A stretch of DNA of 63,442 nt, the filler included, from Rhabdomonas costata (taxonomy: Eukaryota): NCBI GenBank assembly GCA_019059605.1. It is 48 parts of 48 records of this genome, joined end to end, with 100 filler letters (N's around TTAATTAATTAA, not from the genome) between each part and the next. Parts side by side here need not be neighbours in the genome. Positions count along the whole stretch, not along the records: positions 48,990 to 50,213 come from JAHMHO010022973.1; positions 50,314 to 51,537 come from JAHMHO010022974.1; positions 51,638 to 52,861 come from JAHMHO010022975.1; positions 52,962 to 54,185 come from JAHMHO010022976.1; positions 54,286 to 55,509 come from JAHMHO010022977.1; positions 55,610 to 56,832 come from JAHMHO010022978.1; positions 56,933 to 58,149 come from JAHMHO010022979.1; positions 58,250 to 59,472 come from JAHMHO010022980.1; 40 more parts are not named here. The stretch is one strand, 5' to 3'. The notes beneath the pieces were generated by a model. That model ran no database searches, had not been told where the DNA came from, and saw nothing but the letters and a program-made list of their open reading frames with translations. Position numbers and translations under genes: made by a program. Below, one piece after another: positions 49,284 to 61,259 of this stretch; within the stretch, counting starts at the first letter, position 1, and every line of letters begins with the position of its first letter.

Positions 49284-50075
49284 GTGCTGCGGCATTCACC
49301 AACGAACGGCACTCCTTCTCCTGACACAGCCACTCGTGCCTCACCCAAAACGCGACGCGAGGTATCCCCTCGCCCTGCGTCCAAGCCAAGCCGCAAACCC
49401 AGGCCAAAATCAACATCCCCGCTTGCTCCAAGTTTCTTCTCAGCTCCTCTGGTGGCTAGCTCCGGTCATGCAGTTGAAGGCCCTGAACAGTCTACAAGCG
49501 CACCTCCTGAGTTCTCTCCGGAGCATGTCGATTCCCCGCGCATGGATGCCACTCTTCCGGACACTCTCCGCCAACCTTCTACCATTACGCAATCAATTGT
49601 GGTGGAACCAGGCAGTCCTTCAGCCCTGGGTGGATATCTTGGGCGCTCTCAGCTTCCGAATTCTGAGGCGGTCTCTGCCGCTGAGTCGTTTACGAGAACC
49701 CAGGACACATTAAACTCTGGTTTGGAACTATTTTCTGCTCCGGTGTTGCGAGGTTCCGCTACTGAGGCTTTCTGGCCAGCAGGGGCGCCAGCCTTGGCTC
49801 ATCCGGTGTACGGGTCGCCTCCTGGGACGGAAACGTTGACTCTGGAGGCAGCCGGTCCAGCACCCGAGGAGCAAGGCTCTGCCCCTCAGGCGCAATATAC
49901 TGCTCTTGAGATGCACCCCTCCGCTCCGCTGCCGCTGTATGAGCAGCCGGGCCCAATGGACATTGAAACTGTGCCTTCCTTTGAAGGAATGCAGCAGTCG
50001 CAAGCGCGACCTAAACAGCAGCAGCAGCAGCAACAGCAGGGACAAGCTTCTGCATCTGCGGCGATGGTATCATAA
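49284..50075 (+). CDS. Hypothetical Pro/Ser/Ala-rich low-complexity exon with poly-Q
   Basis: 263-aa ORF with (CAG)n at ~50027-50040. No domain recognised. Confidence 0.35.
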   Translation: MLRHSPTNGTPSPDTATRASPKTRREVSPRPASKPSRKPRPKSTSPLAPSFFSAPLVASSGHAVEGPEQSTSAPPEFSPEHVDSPRMDATLPDTLRQPSTITQSIVVEPGSPSALGGYLGRSQLPNSEAVSAAESFTRTQDTLNSGLELFSAPVLRGSATEAFWPAGAPALAHPVYGSPPGTETLTLEAAGPAPEEQGSAPQAQYTALEMHPSAPLPLYEQPGPMDIETVPSFEGMQQSQARPKQQQQQQQQGQASASAAMVS

Positions 50076-51742
50076 CACACGCTTTCAAATAATTTGGGGG
50101 CATTGCTAAGAGGTAGTAATGTCGCAGCATGCCATGTTGCCGTGGTATTTTTTTTCACACTCTTGCAGCTTGTAACATCAGCTCACCCCTTAGTGGCCAT
50201 TTCCAACCCCCCCNNNNNNNNNNNNNNNNNNNNNNNNNNNNNNNNNNNNNNNNNNNNTTAATTAATTAANNNNNNNNNNNNNNNNNNNNNNNNNNNNNNN
50301 NNNNNNNNNNNNNAGTCCATACCAAGTTGCGAATTGTGCACTGGTTTTGTGTCTGCACAAGCACAGTGTTCAACAGCATGCAGCGTACAACTGCGCACAG
50401 AAGCAGACACAAAATGATGCGGCAGGAGGCGGAAAGAAGGTATCAGCGGCAAGTATGCACTGTGCTCGTGTAGTTCAGTTCGTGAGATGGGGAGAAAGGC
50501 AAAGAAGCGGGTGAGAATGAGCAATGCCTGAAGGTGGAGAACGGGAGGCCTGAGAACGAAAGAAAGGGAGATATATTGGGGAAAAGGTCACCTTCCAAGC
50601 TCGGTGCGCGCTTCCTGTCACACGGAAACACAGGTTCCAGTGGAACACCCGTTCTGCGTCCAGTGAACATTCCCACTATGCCGCCCGCGCCGAAGCCGGG
50701 CGCGAGCACTGTTCAAAGAGAACAGTGGTTTGCCCGGCTTGCACAACGGTGCGCCACATTCCCGGTTTAGGATTTGTCAACAGAGCTGGAATTTTTTTTC
50801 CAGGTTTTGGTCTATCAAAGGTCTGCACAGGTGCTTTTTTCCAGCCCCTTGTTTTCGTTCGAGTTTGGTTTGGTTTTGTCGCTCCCCTGTGTTTTATGTC
50901 ACATTCCTCCGCACTCCGGATTTTTTCGCCCGTGCCCTTTATGCTGTTAATTTCCAAAGGGGAATCTATAGCGAGGTGCCCAGCTATGTTCCGGTGGATC
51001 TACCACTACCTGTGCCAGGGAAGTTCTCGACGGAGTACAAGGTTTGCAAGTGACGTTGACTGGTTGTTTTGCCCCGGTGGAGGCACCGGTAGAAGTTGTT
51101 TGATGTTGCAGTGCGCACCCCCTCCCTGGAGATAGCGTTTGATGGTAAACGCTGTCAACATTTTTGGGTAGCTTTCGCATTTTTGTAACCGCCTTCACAT
51201 TTGAAAATATCAGGGCGGATGGTGTGCCAGCCTGAAGTTCGGGAGGCCACCCGCTCTAGGTGAAGCGGCCTTCGGCCTCCGGATTCCCTTTTGCAAGGAA
51301 TAAAACAGGAGTGAAAAGGAAGCTGTATCCTCCCTCCCTCCCGCTTGTCTGGCTTTACTCTTATGGTTCTGGTTTGTTTTTGTTCTGTTGGATCTGGTGA
51401 ATAACTCCTTCCCTTTCAGAGTATGGAGACTCCCCGCTGGTGCGGGAGTTATGACAAAAAAAGTCAAAAGTCCCGCACCAGCGGGGAGTCTCCATACTCT
51501 GAAAGGGAAGGAGTTATTCACCAGATCCAACAACACANNNNNNNNNNNNNNNNNNNNNNNNNNNNNNNNNNNNNNNNNNNNTTAATTAATTAANNNNNNN
51601 NNNNNNNNNNNNNNNNNNNNNNNNNNNNNNNNNNNNNTTTTTGGTTTCAAATTTAAAGCAAAAACTTCCACCAGCCCAGAATTGACTCGGAGCTAGAGAG
51701 CAGTCGTGCGTGGGACAAGATGAGTGGACAAGGACATGCACA

Positions 51743-52816
51743 CCCCAGGCACCACAAGTCGGAGCTGAAGCTGAAGCTCCCGTCCCGGAGATACTCCGGG
51801 GTGACGTACTTCGTGGTGACGTTGGCGACGGACTTTTTCTTTTGATCCAAGCTCTGCTGTAAAGTCCGGCGGCGCTCCAGCAACCTCTGCTCGGCTGCCT
51901 CGTCGAGTTCCTCAGCCTCGTCCTCGGGCAGGCGGCGGGGTAGCTCAGCCAAGGGCTGGGGCTTCGCCCCTGGGCAGTGCACCGCGGAGCCAAAGTCGGA
52001 GAGCCGGACGTGGGGCCCAATGTCAGGGCTGAGGTGAAACAGCACATTCTCGGGCTTCAGATCCACAACCACAACCTGAGAAGGGGGCCCGCCCACCCTT
52101 GGGCCCACTGTATCACACATAGAAGAAGCAGGGCTTGAGGTCCAGGCAACACAGCAGAAAGCTGCCTCCTTCTGGAAAGCACGTTTGCTTATGTTGAGGC
52201 GCTGAGCATATGGAGGACCGTTTTTTACGGTCGCTCTTTCGTCCTACAAGCAAAGTGAGAAAAAATGGGCTAAAGGACGTCCTCAGCGAACTATTCGCCT
52301 TCCTGGCCCTATTTGGCTACACCAACAACAGGATAAGAGCATTTTTTCAGAAGCCATGGAGCAAAAAGAGCACACAGAGAAATCTGGGACGCTGACCTCT
52401 TTGCTGTGGATGTGCTCCAGGGCGTTGACAATCTCTGCAGCAACCAACCTTACTGCGAGAACAGAGCATCACCGCAAGCACATGAAGTGAGAGGAGGCTT
52501 TCCGCACTTGTTTAAACCCCATGATTAGCCAATTGCAATACAATCCGCATGACAGAATGTGCGTGGCACGCATGGGAATGCACACAGCATTTCATTTGCG
52601 AAAGGCAGGCTCAGCACCGAGCCACTCACACCGCGTGCGCCTCGGGTCTTGAGCAGCTGCGTGGCTCGCTGCGGATCTGTTTTTGGCCATTGGTTTAATT
52701 TTCTTTTTAACGGAACGGGAACTGCAAAAACCTGTGTTCTGCTCCAAGTGGCCCAGGGCGGTGACGTGGTACAGGAGATCCCCTCCCTTGCAAAGCTCGA
52801 GCACAAAGTACAGCTC
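51743..52816 (-). CDS. PDK1-like (AGC) protein kinase with atypical catalytic loop, exons 52816-52732, 52452-52397, 52075-~51743
   Basis: LYFVLELCKGGDLL..T|VRLVAAEIVNALEHIHSKE|VVVVDLKPENVLF..LSDFGSA..YVTPE..SSDLWCLG. Both introns are GT-AG and in frame. Confidence 0.85.
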
Positions 52817-53236
52817 CTAAGCCAACAGAGTATGCGAGAAAGAGAGAGAGAACACACACAANNNNNNNNNNNNNNNNNNNNNNNNNNNNNNNNNNNNNNN
52901 NNNNNTTAATTAATTAANNNNNNNNNNNNNNNNNNNNNNNNNNNNNNNNNNNNNNNNNNNNGGGGGGGTGGATGTTTAAGGTTGCGTGGAAGGTCATGGT
53001 GCGGATTCTTGTCGTATGGTGAGAATAAGAAGGAGTGTTGAGTTGGAGCTGGAGAGTTGAGTGAATGAGAGTTGCGTCGGTCTTTGCTTTCCCTGGATAG
53101 CGCAGGTTTGTGGCTGGTTATGGAGCGCGGGACCCAAAAAACCTAAAGAAACCGGCTTCCGCAGGCGGCCTGCAACAATGGAGCTGGCTTTGTCGGCTCG
53201 AGACCGGGTTTGCCGTCCGCCCTGAGAAGGAACGCC

Positions 53237-54185
53237 TAGACATTGGTGAACCATATCCGAAGCTCCTTCACCAGGATGTCGACGGCGTGCCACCTCTGGA
53301 AGAGGAAGCGCCGCCAGACTTTCTCAATCATTTGCTTCGGATACGACCGCCAGATGGCATTCCGGAAGACCGTAGCCACGGATTACTTGAAGTCCTCATA
53401 TGAATGCAGGTCTCCTGGCAATACACCAGACGCCACATAGTGACTCCTCCAAGTTGTTCGCGTGGGGCTACCGTGGCGTGGTCTTGGTAGCGCACGATGC
53501 GGTGAGGGTAGGACTCCTCTCGATTATGCACTGTGGTGTGGAGGACCTTGTTGCCGTCCTCCCGAACCTTCTCATAGACGCAAACCCCTAGATACACAAC
53601 CGAGCTCCCCTCGCTGTGGTCTTGTATTCCATGCCGTAGGCGTCTTGCGAGTGGAGTGGCACGCCTGCCGAGTAAATATCATCGATGTAGCGGCAAACCG
53701 CAAGGAAACTTCCGGGCCCGAGACGGTATGCCTGCGCCTTCTCGACAGGGTAGCATGCCAGGTTGGCAATCTGCGGGTCAGCGGGCATTCCCATGGGCAT
53801 CCCCTTGATTTGTCGCAGAACCCAACCGCCGACGTTGACGTAGTTGTGCTCGATCAGGTAGGTCAGGAGTTCTGCGACTTGGGCACGCGTGTAGCCCTTT
53901 CCCATCTTTGACCACCCCTTCGGTCCGAGAGTCACTTCAAAGGGAGCGCCGTCTTCCGTCATCCCAGAGATCCCAGCGTCCCGCTGGGTGACGAAGTCCC
54001 AAGACTCATCTACAGCTTCAATGGTCCGGTCGATTATCAACCGAAACTGGAAGGAGGTGTTTATTGTGCAAAAATCCACCGTCTCTTGCCAGTTCTCAAA
54101 CACAACATCGGCATTGGATTGGACCATCAGGGTGAAGTCATTCACGCTGTCGATGCCCCAAAAACGCTTTGATCCACCACCCAAC
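53237..54185 (-). mobile_element. Penelope-like element reverse transcriptase (palm + thumb), frameshifted relic
   Basis: DFCTINTSF, RQIKGMPMGMPADPQIANL, RYIDDI, VYLG. The thumb reads HNREESYPHRIVRY..GGVTMWRLVYCQETC..EDFK..RSYPKQMIEKVWRRF. Confidence 0.85.
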
Positions 54186-54285
54186 NNNNNNNNNNNNNNN
54201 NNNNNNNNNNNNNNNNNNNNNNNNNNNNNTTAATTAATTAANNNNNNNNNNNNNNNNNNNNNNNNNNNNNNNNNNNNNNNNNNNN

Positions 54286-55440
54286 ATCAAAACACTAAAT
54301 ATTGAATATTGATATTAAAAAACGCATATAAAGAAAACTCTTACTCCATATAAACCGTTATGCTCCCCGCGCCAATTTCTAAGTATTGCAAAAAATCGAA
54401 AATGTCTTCAAATGACACAGGAATCGGGATAGCCGCGAGACTTGGACTAACATCGACCATAATCACATCCCCTTCCGGTAACATTACTTTGTTGGCATGT
54501 TGAGCGAGCAATCAATACTTGGGATTAATCACCTTGTACGGAATCTTCTTAGCATCATCGATGCTAGCTTCACTCTCAAAACCGAGCTTTGAGAGTTGTT
54601 TGACAACCAGACCGCGACTCTCTATTCCCGAGTCCATTTCCATGAGTCTCTTCGGCCACGAGACAAACCCGCCTATAGCATCTTCAACGGTTTGAGCTTC
54701 TTCGGTGGGAATTGGCAATTTTGCTTTTTTAACCCAAACCCCCAAAACGGCCACGCGTAAATTTCCTTCCTCCAAAGGTGAGAAATGAACTACGCCTCCA
54801 TTCATGTACGCTCGCCCATTTGCAACATGAATTGTGCCTCCGAACTCGGTGTCATCAATGAAAAGAAGACACTCGACGCTTTCATCCGAACTCGGTGTCA
54901 CCGGCGTGGTTGGATTCAAAGAGCAACTAGCACGAACACTGTTGGGTTTTTCCACAACAATAGGATCGATCTTCGGACGATCATCAACAATGATAGGATC
55001 GATCTTCGGACGATCATCAACATCGTCGTGTTCTAAGCGAATCAAAAATTTTATCAATAACTTAATACCAAAACATTTATCTTTAATAAATAGATAAAAA
55101 AAAATTAAACATACCTAAAGAGACCGCTTCATTGACGTGTTCTTCAACATTTGCCATCTCTTTATCATCAACAACCTTCGCGTTGAGATTCTCTTCCACT
55201 TGCTCGACACTAGGCGACTCGACATTAATGCTACCATTTCCACCGAATGCCTTCATCACCAAAGACTTTAACTCGCTCATTTCCCGACGCATCTTCATTA
55301 CTTCTTCGTTGGGCGTTGGAGGAACAAAGTACTTAAAACGCGACGTGTGTTTGGATTGACCGCAAACTCGGGACGTTCCCAAAGCTTCTTGCAAAACACT
55401 CTTTCCCGATTCCGGCAACCATGTCCCTTGCGATGCTTGT
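54286..55440 (-). mobile_element. Plant-like CACTA/En-Spm transposon-associated gene fragment; probable contaminant
   Basis: AT-rich contig. VLQEALGTSRVCG and VHFSPLEEGNLRVAV..AKLPIPTEEAQTVEDAIGGFVSWPKRL. Short AT-rich intron 55114-55033 and a 33-bp tandem duplication at ~54955-55023. Confidence 0.7.
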
Positions 55441-56128
55441 TGTGATTACGTTTTCTACACATAAAATTATTTGAAAATAAAATTACAAGGTTAATTGTTA
55501 CAACAACCANNNNNNNNNNNNNNNNNNNNNNNNNNNNNNNNNNNNNNNNNNNNTTAATTAATTAANNNNNNNNNNNNNNNNNNNNNNNNNNNNNNNNNNN
55601 NNNNNNNNNGTTGTGGGGTGTGTTTGGGGGGGTGGGGATTAGCCTCCTGAGTATGATGTGATGACGCTATGCCATGGTTTACCTTACCCTAATGTTGGCA
55701 TGGTACGGCACACTAACACTGAGGCCTGGTGTGACCTACGCACCCTATGCCCTTCACCATGAGCCAACACCACGATATCATCAAACTTGCAGACTCGAAC
55801 CAGCCCTTGAGGTGCCCTCATACTCAGGAGGCTAATCCCCCCCCTTCTCAGCGGCAAAAGTGAAGAGAACGGTCAAACGAAGACTCTCCCGAGATCAGCC
55901 GCGGGGAACCTTCAAACTGGAAAGAGTGGGTCCGTATTCTGCACAACAGCGTACCAAAGAATGCTACAACAAGAGGCGATGCTGAACTTGCGATACTGCT
56001 CCCACTTTTGGATGGGGCATGTCGTTCTAGGATGTCTTCGTATCCTCGGATTTAAACTGCGAAATGGTATTGTATATTAAAGCACAGCGTCCACATCCAC
56101 GCACAGACACTCTCGCTCTATCACAAAC

Positions 56129-56832
56129 CACAGCCGCTGAAGCTGAAGCTGCCCCCAGGGGTGATGCACGTCACCGCCGCGGTACCCTCGAAGCCCACCG
56201 CGCACCTCACTGCAGTGTTGCACTGTGTGCCGCTGGGGCAGTCCCCGACGTACCCCACCGGGGCAGGGGTGCTGGCACAGGAGGGAGCTGTGAAATTACC
56301 CAGCCCCCCGCATATAAGACGGCGTGCGGGATGCGGTGAGAACGGAGACCACTGGTGGGGCATGTACCCGAATCTCCTCAATCTATTTCATTGCAGACAG
56401 TGAGTGTCACCACCTAAGCAGAGTGGTTTCGCTTTTCATCCTCGATCTTTAATTGCGTTCCAACTTTGACGAATGGTTCCTGCCTCGACCACGGTCAACC
56501 TTCGCTGCATTGCCTTGAATTTCCGCTGACACCCATAGCAAGGGCGGGAATAGGCTTGCGTTCAGAGGCCCCTAACTTTTGGTTTCTTCGCACCCTTGAC
56601 CTCCTCACACAGCCGGAATCGAGTGTGGCTTCGACATATGATTCTCCATAAATCAGCGAAGGTGCGCGCACTGACTCAAATGCAGAAGGCGAAGCGCCGC
56701 AAACCACAGCCGCTGAAGCTGAAGCTGCCCCCAGGGGTGATGCACGTCACCGCCGGGGTGCCCACGAAGCCCACCGCGCACCTCACTGCAGTGCTGCACT
56801 GTGTGCCGCTGGGGCAGTCCCCGACGTACCCC
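56129..56832 (-). CDS. Cys-rich extracellular repeat protein; two near-identical exon modules (56832-56705 partial, 56287-56129)
   Basis: Both exons encode GYVGDCPSGTQC.TAVRCAVGF.GT.AVTCITPGGSFSFSGC and end at the same phase-1 GT donor. Confidence 0.8.
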
Positions 56833-57110
56833 NNNNNNNNNNNNNNNNNNNNNNNNNNNNNNNNNNNNNNNNNNNNTTAATTAATTAANNNNNNNNNNNN
56901 NNNNNNNNNNNNNNNNNNNNNNNNNNNNNNNNTACCGGGACGAAAGGGCCACAGCTGCAACGAAGGAATGAGATGAAAATCTGGGGACTGCACAGAATCA
57001 TAGGTCGGTCGAGCTTCACTGCAGGTTTTGAGCAACTTCATAGTTTTGTTCTCTTGTTAAAAAAAAAAAAGAGAGGAAACAGCGGGTTCCATGGCAGCAG
57101 CAAAAGGCAC

Positions 57111-57349
57111 GTGCCTGCTCTGGAGGATGGACTCCCTCCGCACAGGTCTGCGCTTGAATTCGGAGATATCTCAGCGTCAGCCGTCGAGTCATTTGAGTTC
57201 CAAAGGGGAACACCCCACACATTTGGTAAGACCGCCCGGAGCCTTCTGCGGGAGCAGTGCTGACCGGGTCCAGCACTCGCAGGAAGGAGGCAAGGTACAT
57301 CAGACCCCCGCACTCTGCGTAAACACAGCCCTGCTGACTCAGAGCAAAT
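57111..57349 (-). CDS. cbiA: Exon of cobyrinate a,c-diamide synthase-like (CbiA/CobB) glutamine amidotransferase domain
   Basis: FALSQQGCVYAECGGLMYLASFLRVLDP..GRSYQMCGVFPFGTQMTRRLTLRY carries the CbiA/CobB YAECGGLMYL signature and the following M.GV.P....M..RL.L.Y block. Flanked by a polypyrimidine-CAG acceptor and a donor. Confidence 0.8.
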
Positions 57350-58759
57350 CTGCGCAAGAGACACAAACAGGGACCACAGCGCCTCCCTGTGAAAGTATGT
57401 TTCTTGCTTTTGCCGCGTAAACAATGGGGCCGGGGCCACGATGAGAGATGAAAACGGTGTTTTTGCTGTTTTCGCCATCCAAATATGGACGGCTTTCTTC
57501 TTTGACATAAGGACAGTTAATGGTACGGATGGTCCCCCTGCCCTCCCTGGTGTGAAGCAGGCAGGGTGGTGGATTAAATCAAATTTGGGCATAAAACTTG
57601 TTTTTTATTAATCATGATTTGATTAACATGTTTAATGTAAATTTTACTTTTCGAAGGCAGCACGGCACCTATCGGGGGACGGGAAAGTTACTATTATGAG
57701 CCCAGCCCTCAGCCCCTCAGTGAGTGCTAAGTCGAAGGAGGCTTGAAGCGGCCACGGGGTCTTTTGCAATTAGCAGCCCTCCCAAACCGCTGCGTGGCCG
57801 GTACTTGGGGGGTCAAGGTTTCTAATCTTTCACCCTCGGTCCCTTGGCGGCTCTTTCGTATACCTTTTACGCCGTTTCTTGCCCCATACCGAAGCCAAGG
57901 GTTTACAAAAGCACCCTATCAGACTGTTGCTTAGCACGTCCCATTGTTCGAAAGACAAAAATCGAGAATCAAAAGATCATTCAGAGGAGTTTCAATAGAA
58001 GACCTGAGAACACACCCCGATCTTTCGCCATCGCAAACCACTCCATCTCCAAATCCCGCTTTCTGTTTTGGCCTCGCGCCAGCTAGCGCGCAATATGCTC
58101 AACAAAAAAAACGTGCCTATGCCTGCGCATCCCCCCCTTTCCACCCCCCNNNNNNNNNNNNNNNNNNNNNNNNNNNNNNNNNNNNNNNNNNNNTTAATTA
58201 ATTAANNNNNNNNNNNNNNNNNNNNNNNNNNNNNNNNNNNNNNNNNNNNATTTGACGCACGCTTATCCTGATTTATGGGATTCTGGAGGACGGGTTGCCC
58301 TCAAGAAAGATGCTGCACCGTTCAGCCTCTGCTCCGGGGGTAACTTCCTTCTTCCTGAGTTGCATTTCAGCCAACTCATTCAGTTCTCACCATGTCCTTT
58401 CGTGCTTTCGTGTGCCCTCTACCCCACACTTCAGGGGAGACTGTCGAGTCCTCTTTCTCTCTCGCCTCTCTGTCTCTGTCACGCATTGACCTCCCCGCTG
58501 TACTTTGTGGTACTGGTCCCCAAGCTGGTTTTCATCGGAGTGTGTTTCTGTGGAAATCTATCACTCTTCCGACCGACACTGAGGCTGAGATGCATGTGGG
58601 TGGTTGGAAAGGTAAGGAACCTCCATGACCGACAGTTGGTTATAGAAATACAGAGCCTGCCTGGAAAATGGCTGGCAGCAGGCAAACCAATGCAGTGTCA
58701 GCGCGTGCAATCCTCAATGACTTGACGTAGCCCTGCCTTGGAGCTGTTTTACCTCGCAG

Positions 58760-59472
58760 ACAATGGTTTTTCTTACTGAGCCGTATCTCCCCCACTTCCT
58801 TTCCTATGTGGGGTGGACCACGGCAGCCTCTACCCCGCTCTTTGAGCTGCAAAAGCACGCCGTGGCCTCCTCCGCGATTCCCCTCCCTAGGTTCTACTTC
58901 TCCCTACTCGCCGCGGCACGCCAGCACACTATCCGGGATCCCTACTCGGGCCACTTCTTCCGGATCATCGAGCGCCGCACTCCCGGCCGAGTCGTGGCGG
59001 TCTCGGAAACCGAGGCGGGAATCTGGAGGGACTGGGACCTGCTGTACTCTAGGCTCTCTGCCCTTGCTCCGGAAGGCTTGGCGGAGGTGGAGTGGCCCGC
59101 ACTTGCTCGGGACCTGGTCAACTCAGCTGCCCTGAAAGAGCAGGAGACAGGTGGACCTGACCTCGGACTTCCCAAGGGACATCCCGCCGTCGCCCTGCTC
59201 CAAGAGCTTGGGGAGCTGTCGGAACCTGCCCTTTGGGTTTTGCAGACTGTGACCTTTCAGGCGCCATGGCGAGCCTGCCTTGTTGTGATCTCGGCGGCGT
59301 GCTTGTGGGCGTACCGGGTGCCGTGGGAGCTTGGGGTGACTCTTGCTCTGGTGGGGTTCTGGTACCGGGACTGGCTTTCTCCCTCCCCGAAGGATCCAGC
59401 AGCGCTTCAGCAGGCTGGCTTGAAGATGGTTGGGCTCTACCTGGACCTCGTGTCTGGGATTGCACACCATCG
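58760..59472 (+). CDS. Hypothetical membrane protein, long exon
   Basis: GC-rich ORF of >230 codons after an AG acceptor, with a hydrophobic hairpin (RACLVVISAACLWAYRVPWELGVTLALVGFWY). Confidence 0.5.
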
Positions 59473-59594
59473 NNNNNNNNNNNNNNNNNNNNNNNNNNNN
59501 NNNNNNNNNNNNNNNNTTAATTAATTAANNNNNNNNNNNNNNNNNNNNNNNNNNNNNNNNNNNNNNNNNNNNGTGTGGGGTGGTGTCCCGGCAG

Positions 59595-60094
59595 GTCGTC
59601 ACGGCAGACCTCCTGCCCAAGGCCCTGTGGGTGTGTGGCCCATCGCCTGTGCGTGTGCGTGTGTCTGGCGCCATATGTCGTGCGATTGGCGCAGCGCCGA
59701 TGCATGAAGGAATAGTGTTGAGCTCCACATTGTGGTGGTCTCTGTGCATTGGGCTCCGTAACAGATGATCCTAGATCTGGGACATGGGCGCATCTGAGTC
59801 AGGAAATAGAATTCAGGTGTGAGCATGTAATGCTGTGTGGGCTGCAGAGGTATGCGTCAATGTGTCACATCTCCCATATCTTCATCAATGCAGGCCTACT
59901 TCCTCCCTCCTTCATTGCATTGAATACTTTGGGCCGGGTACATATGTCCACCCAAACACCCACACACCTTCGCAGCTTCGGGTGTTTGAGTACTCGGCGG
60001 ACCTGCAGCAGCTCGCCCGCACGGCGCTGGTGTGCCGGTCCACGTTCCTGGAGCTCATCGAGGAGGACGGCCTTCTGGAAGCTGTGCAGCAGCG
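59595..60094 (+). CDS. F-box domain protein, exons 59595-59630 and 59976-60094
   Basis: Spliced DLLPKALW|LRVFEYSADLQQLARTALVCRSTFLELIEEDGL fits the F-box consensus. Confidence 0.7.
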
Positions 60095-61259
60095 GTATGT
60101 GAGGGGGCCGTACACACTGGACCCCTCTTCTCTCCGTTCTCCCACCCCGCGCACGGCACCTCCGTCAGCCTCTGCAGTCTGACGGCTTCATTGTGAAGTG
60201 GTTCGTGGACCGGTTCATGAACAGTGTGACGTCATCTCTCCAGGAAGGGTGGTTTTCGAACCGTCGAACCGCTGCGCGCACACTGTAAGACGGCGGTAAG
60301 GAAGGCGAACTGGCAGGGCGTGCCTGGTTGATGGTCAAGCCCCCCGGAACGGGTGACATGGCTCGCAATATCCCAGTAAGCCTTTTGCTGCCGTGCACTG
60401 CCTTGGTTGCAGAGTAACGGTGCCGTGCGCCTGCGACTGCAGTGGTTTTGGCGCTTGGCACGAATGCTGCAGTCCCGAGACCACCCATCCGCCTAACTTG
60501 CCACTGCACTCTTCTATGCTGCCTTGTGGTGTCCCTCAGGCGAACGCATTGGGAGAAGGAAGCCTCCCGGGGTGTCACTGGGGACCCCGAACAGGTACCG
60601 CATCCGTTTTTGTCGTTCGTGAGTGCAGTGAGGTGAGGTCAGGTCACCCAGCATCAAAAGGGACAAAGTCTCGAAAAGGATCAATATTTGTCTAAATAAT
60701 TCTGTATCTCAATTCCCTCAAGGAAAATATTGGGATGAATCTTCGCGTATTCTCCGGGCCTGTATCGGCATTGTATCGCCTATTTGTTTTGCTTTTNNNN
60801 NNNNNNNNNNNNNNNNNNNNNNNNNNNNNNNNNNNNNNNNTTAATTAATTAANNNNNNNNNNNNNNNNNNNNNNNNNNNNNNNNNNNNNNNNNNNNCGGA
60901 TGAGGCGGGGACGTGCCATGGAGGATGGGGATTTGACTTTTGCTGTTGTTAACGGTGTCAAACGTTTAACAGCGTTAAACACCAAAATTATCTGTTGCTC
61001 AATAAAGACATTTTCTTAGCACGGGGGCTAGGTTACGCGTGCCTGTACTCGCTAGTTGATGTTATTTTGCGAAAGGGGGTTGGGCTGCCCCCTTGATGGC
61101 GAAAATTGAATTTAAAATTTTTTCGACAGGTTACGGTGTCAAACGTTTGACGCCTCCGCCCCCATACAACAGTCCCGCATGGACCCATGCCTACCCCATT
61201 CAGAGCCCTGGGGGCTCTCAACGCACGATGCGCAGATCAGGGGGAGAACAGAAACCCAC

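Noticed and set aside
47993..54185. YR recombinase, kinase and RT as one composite mobile or defence system
   Set aside because: They lie on different contigs separated by artificial spacers, so co-location is an artefact of concatenation.
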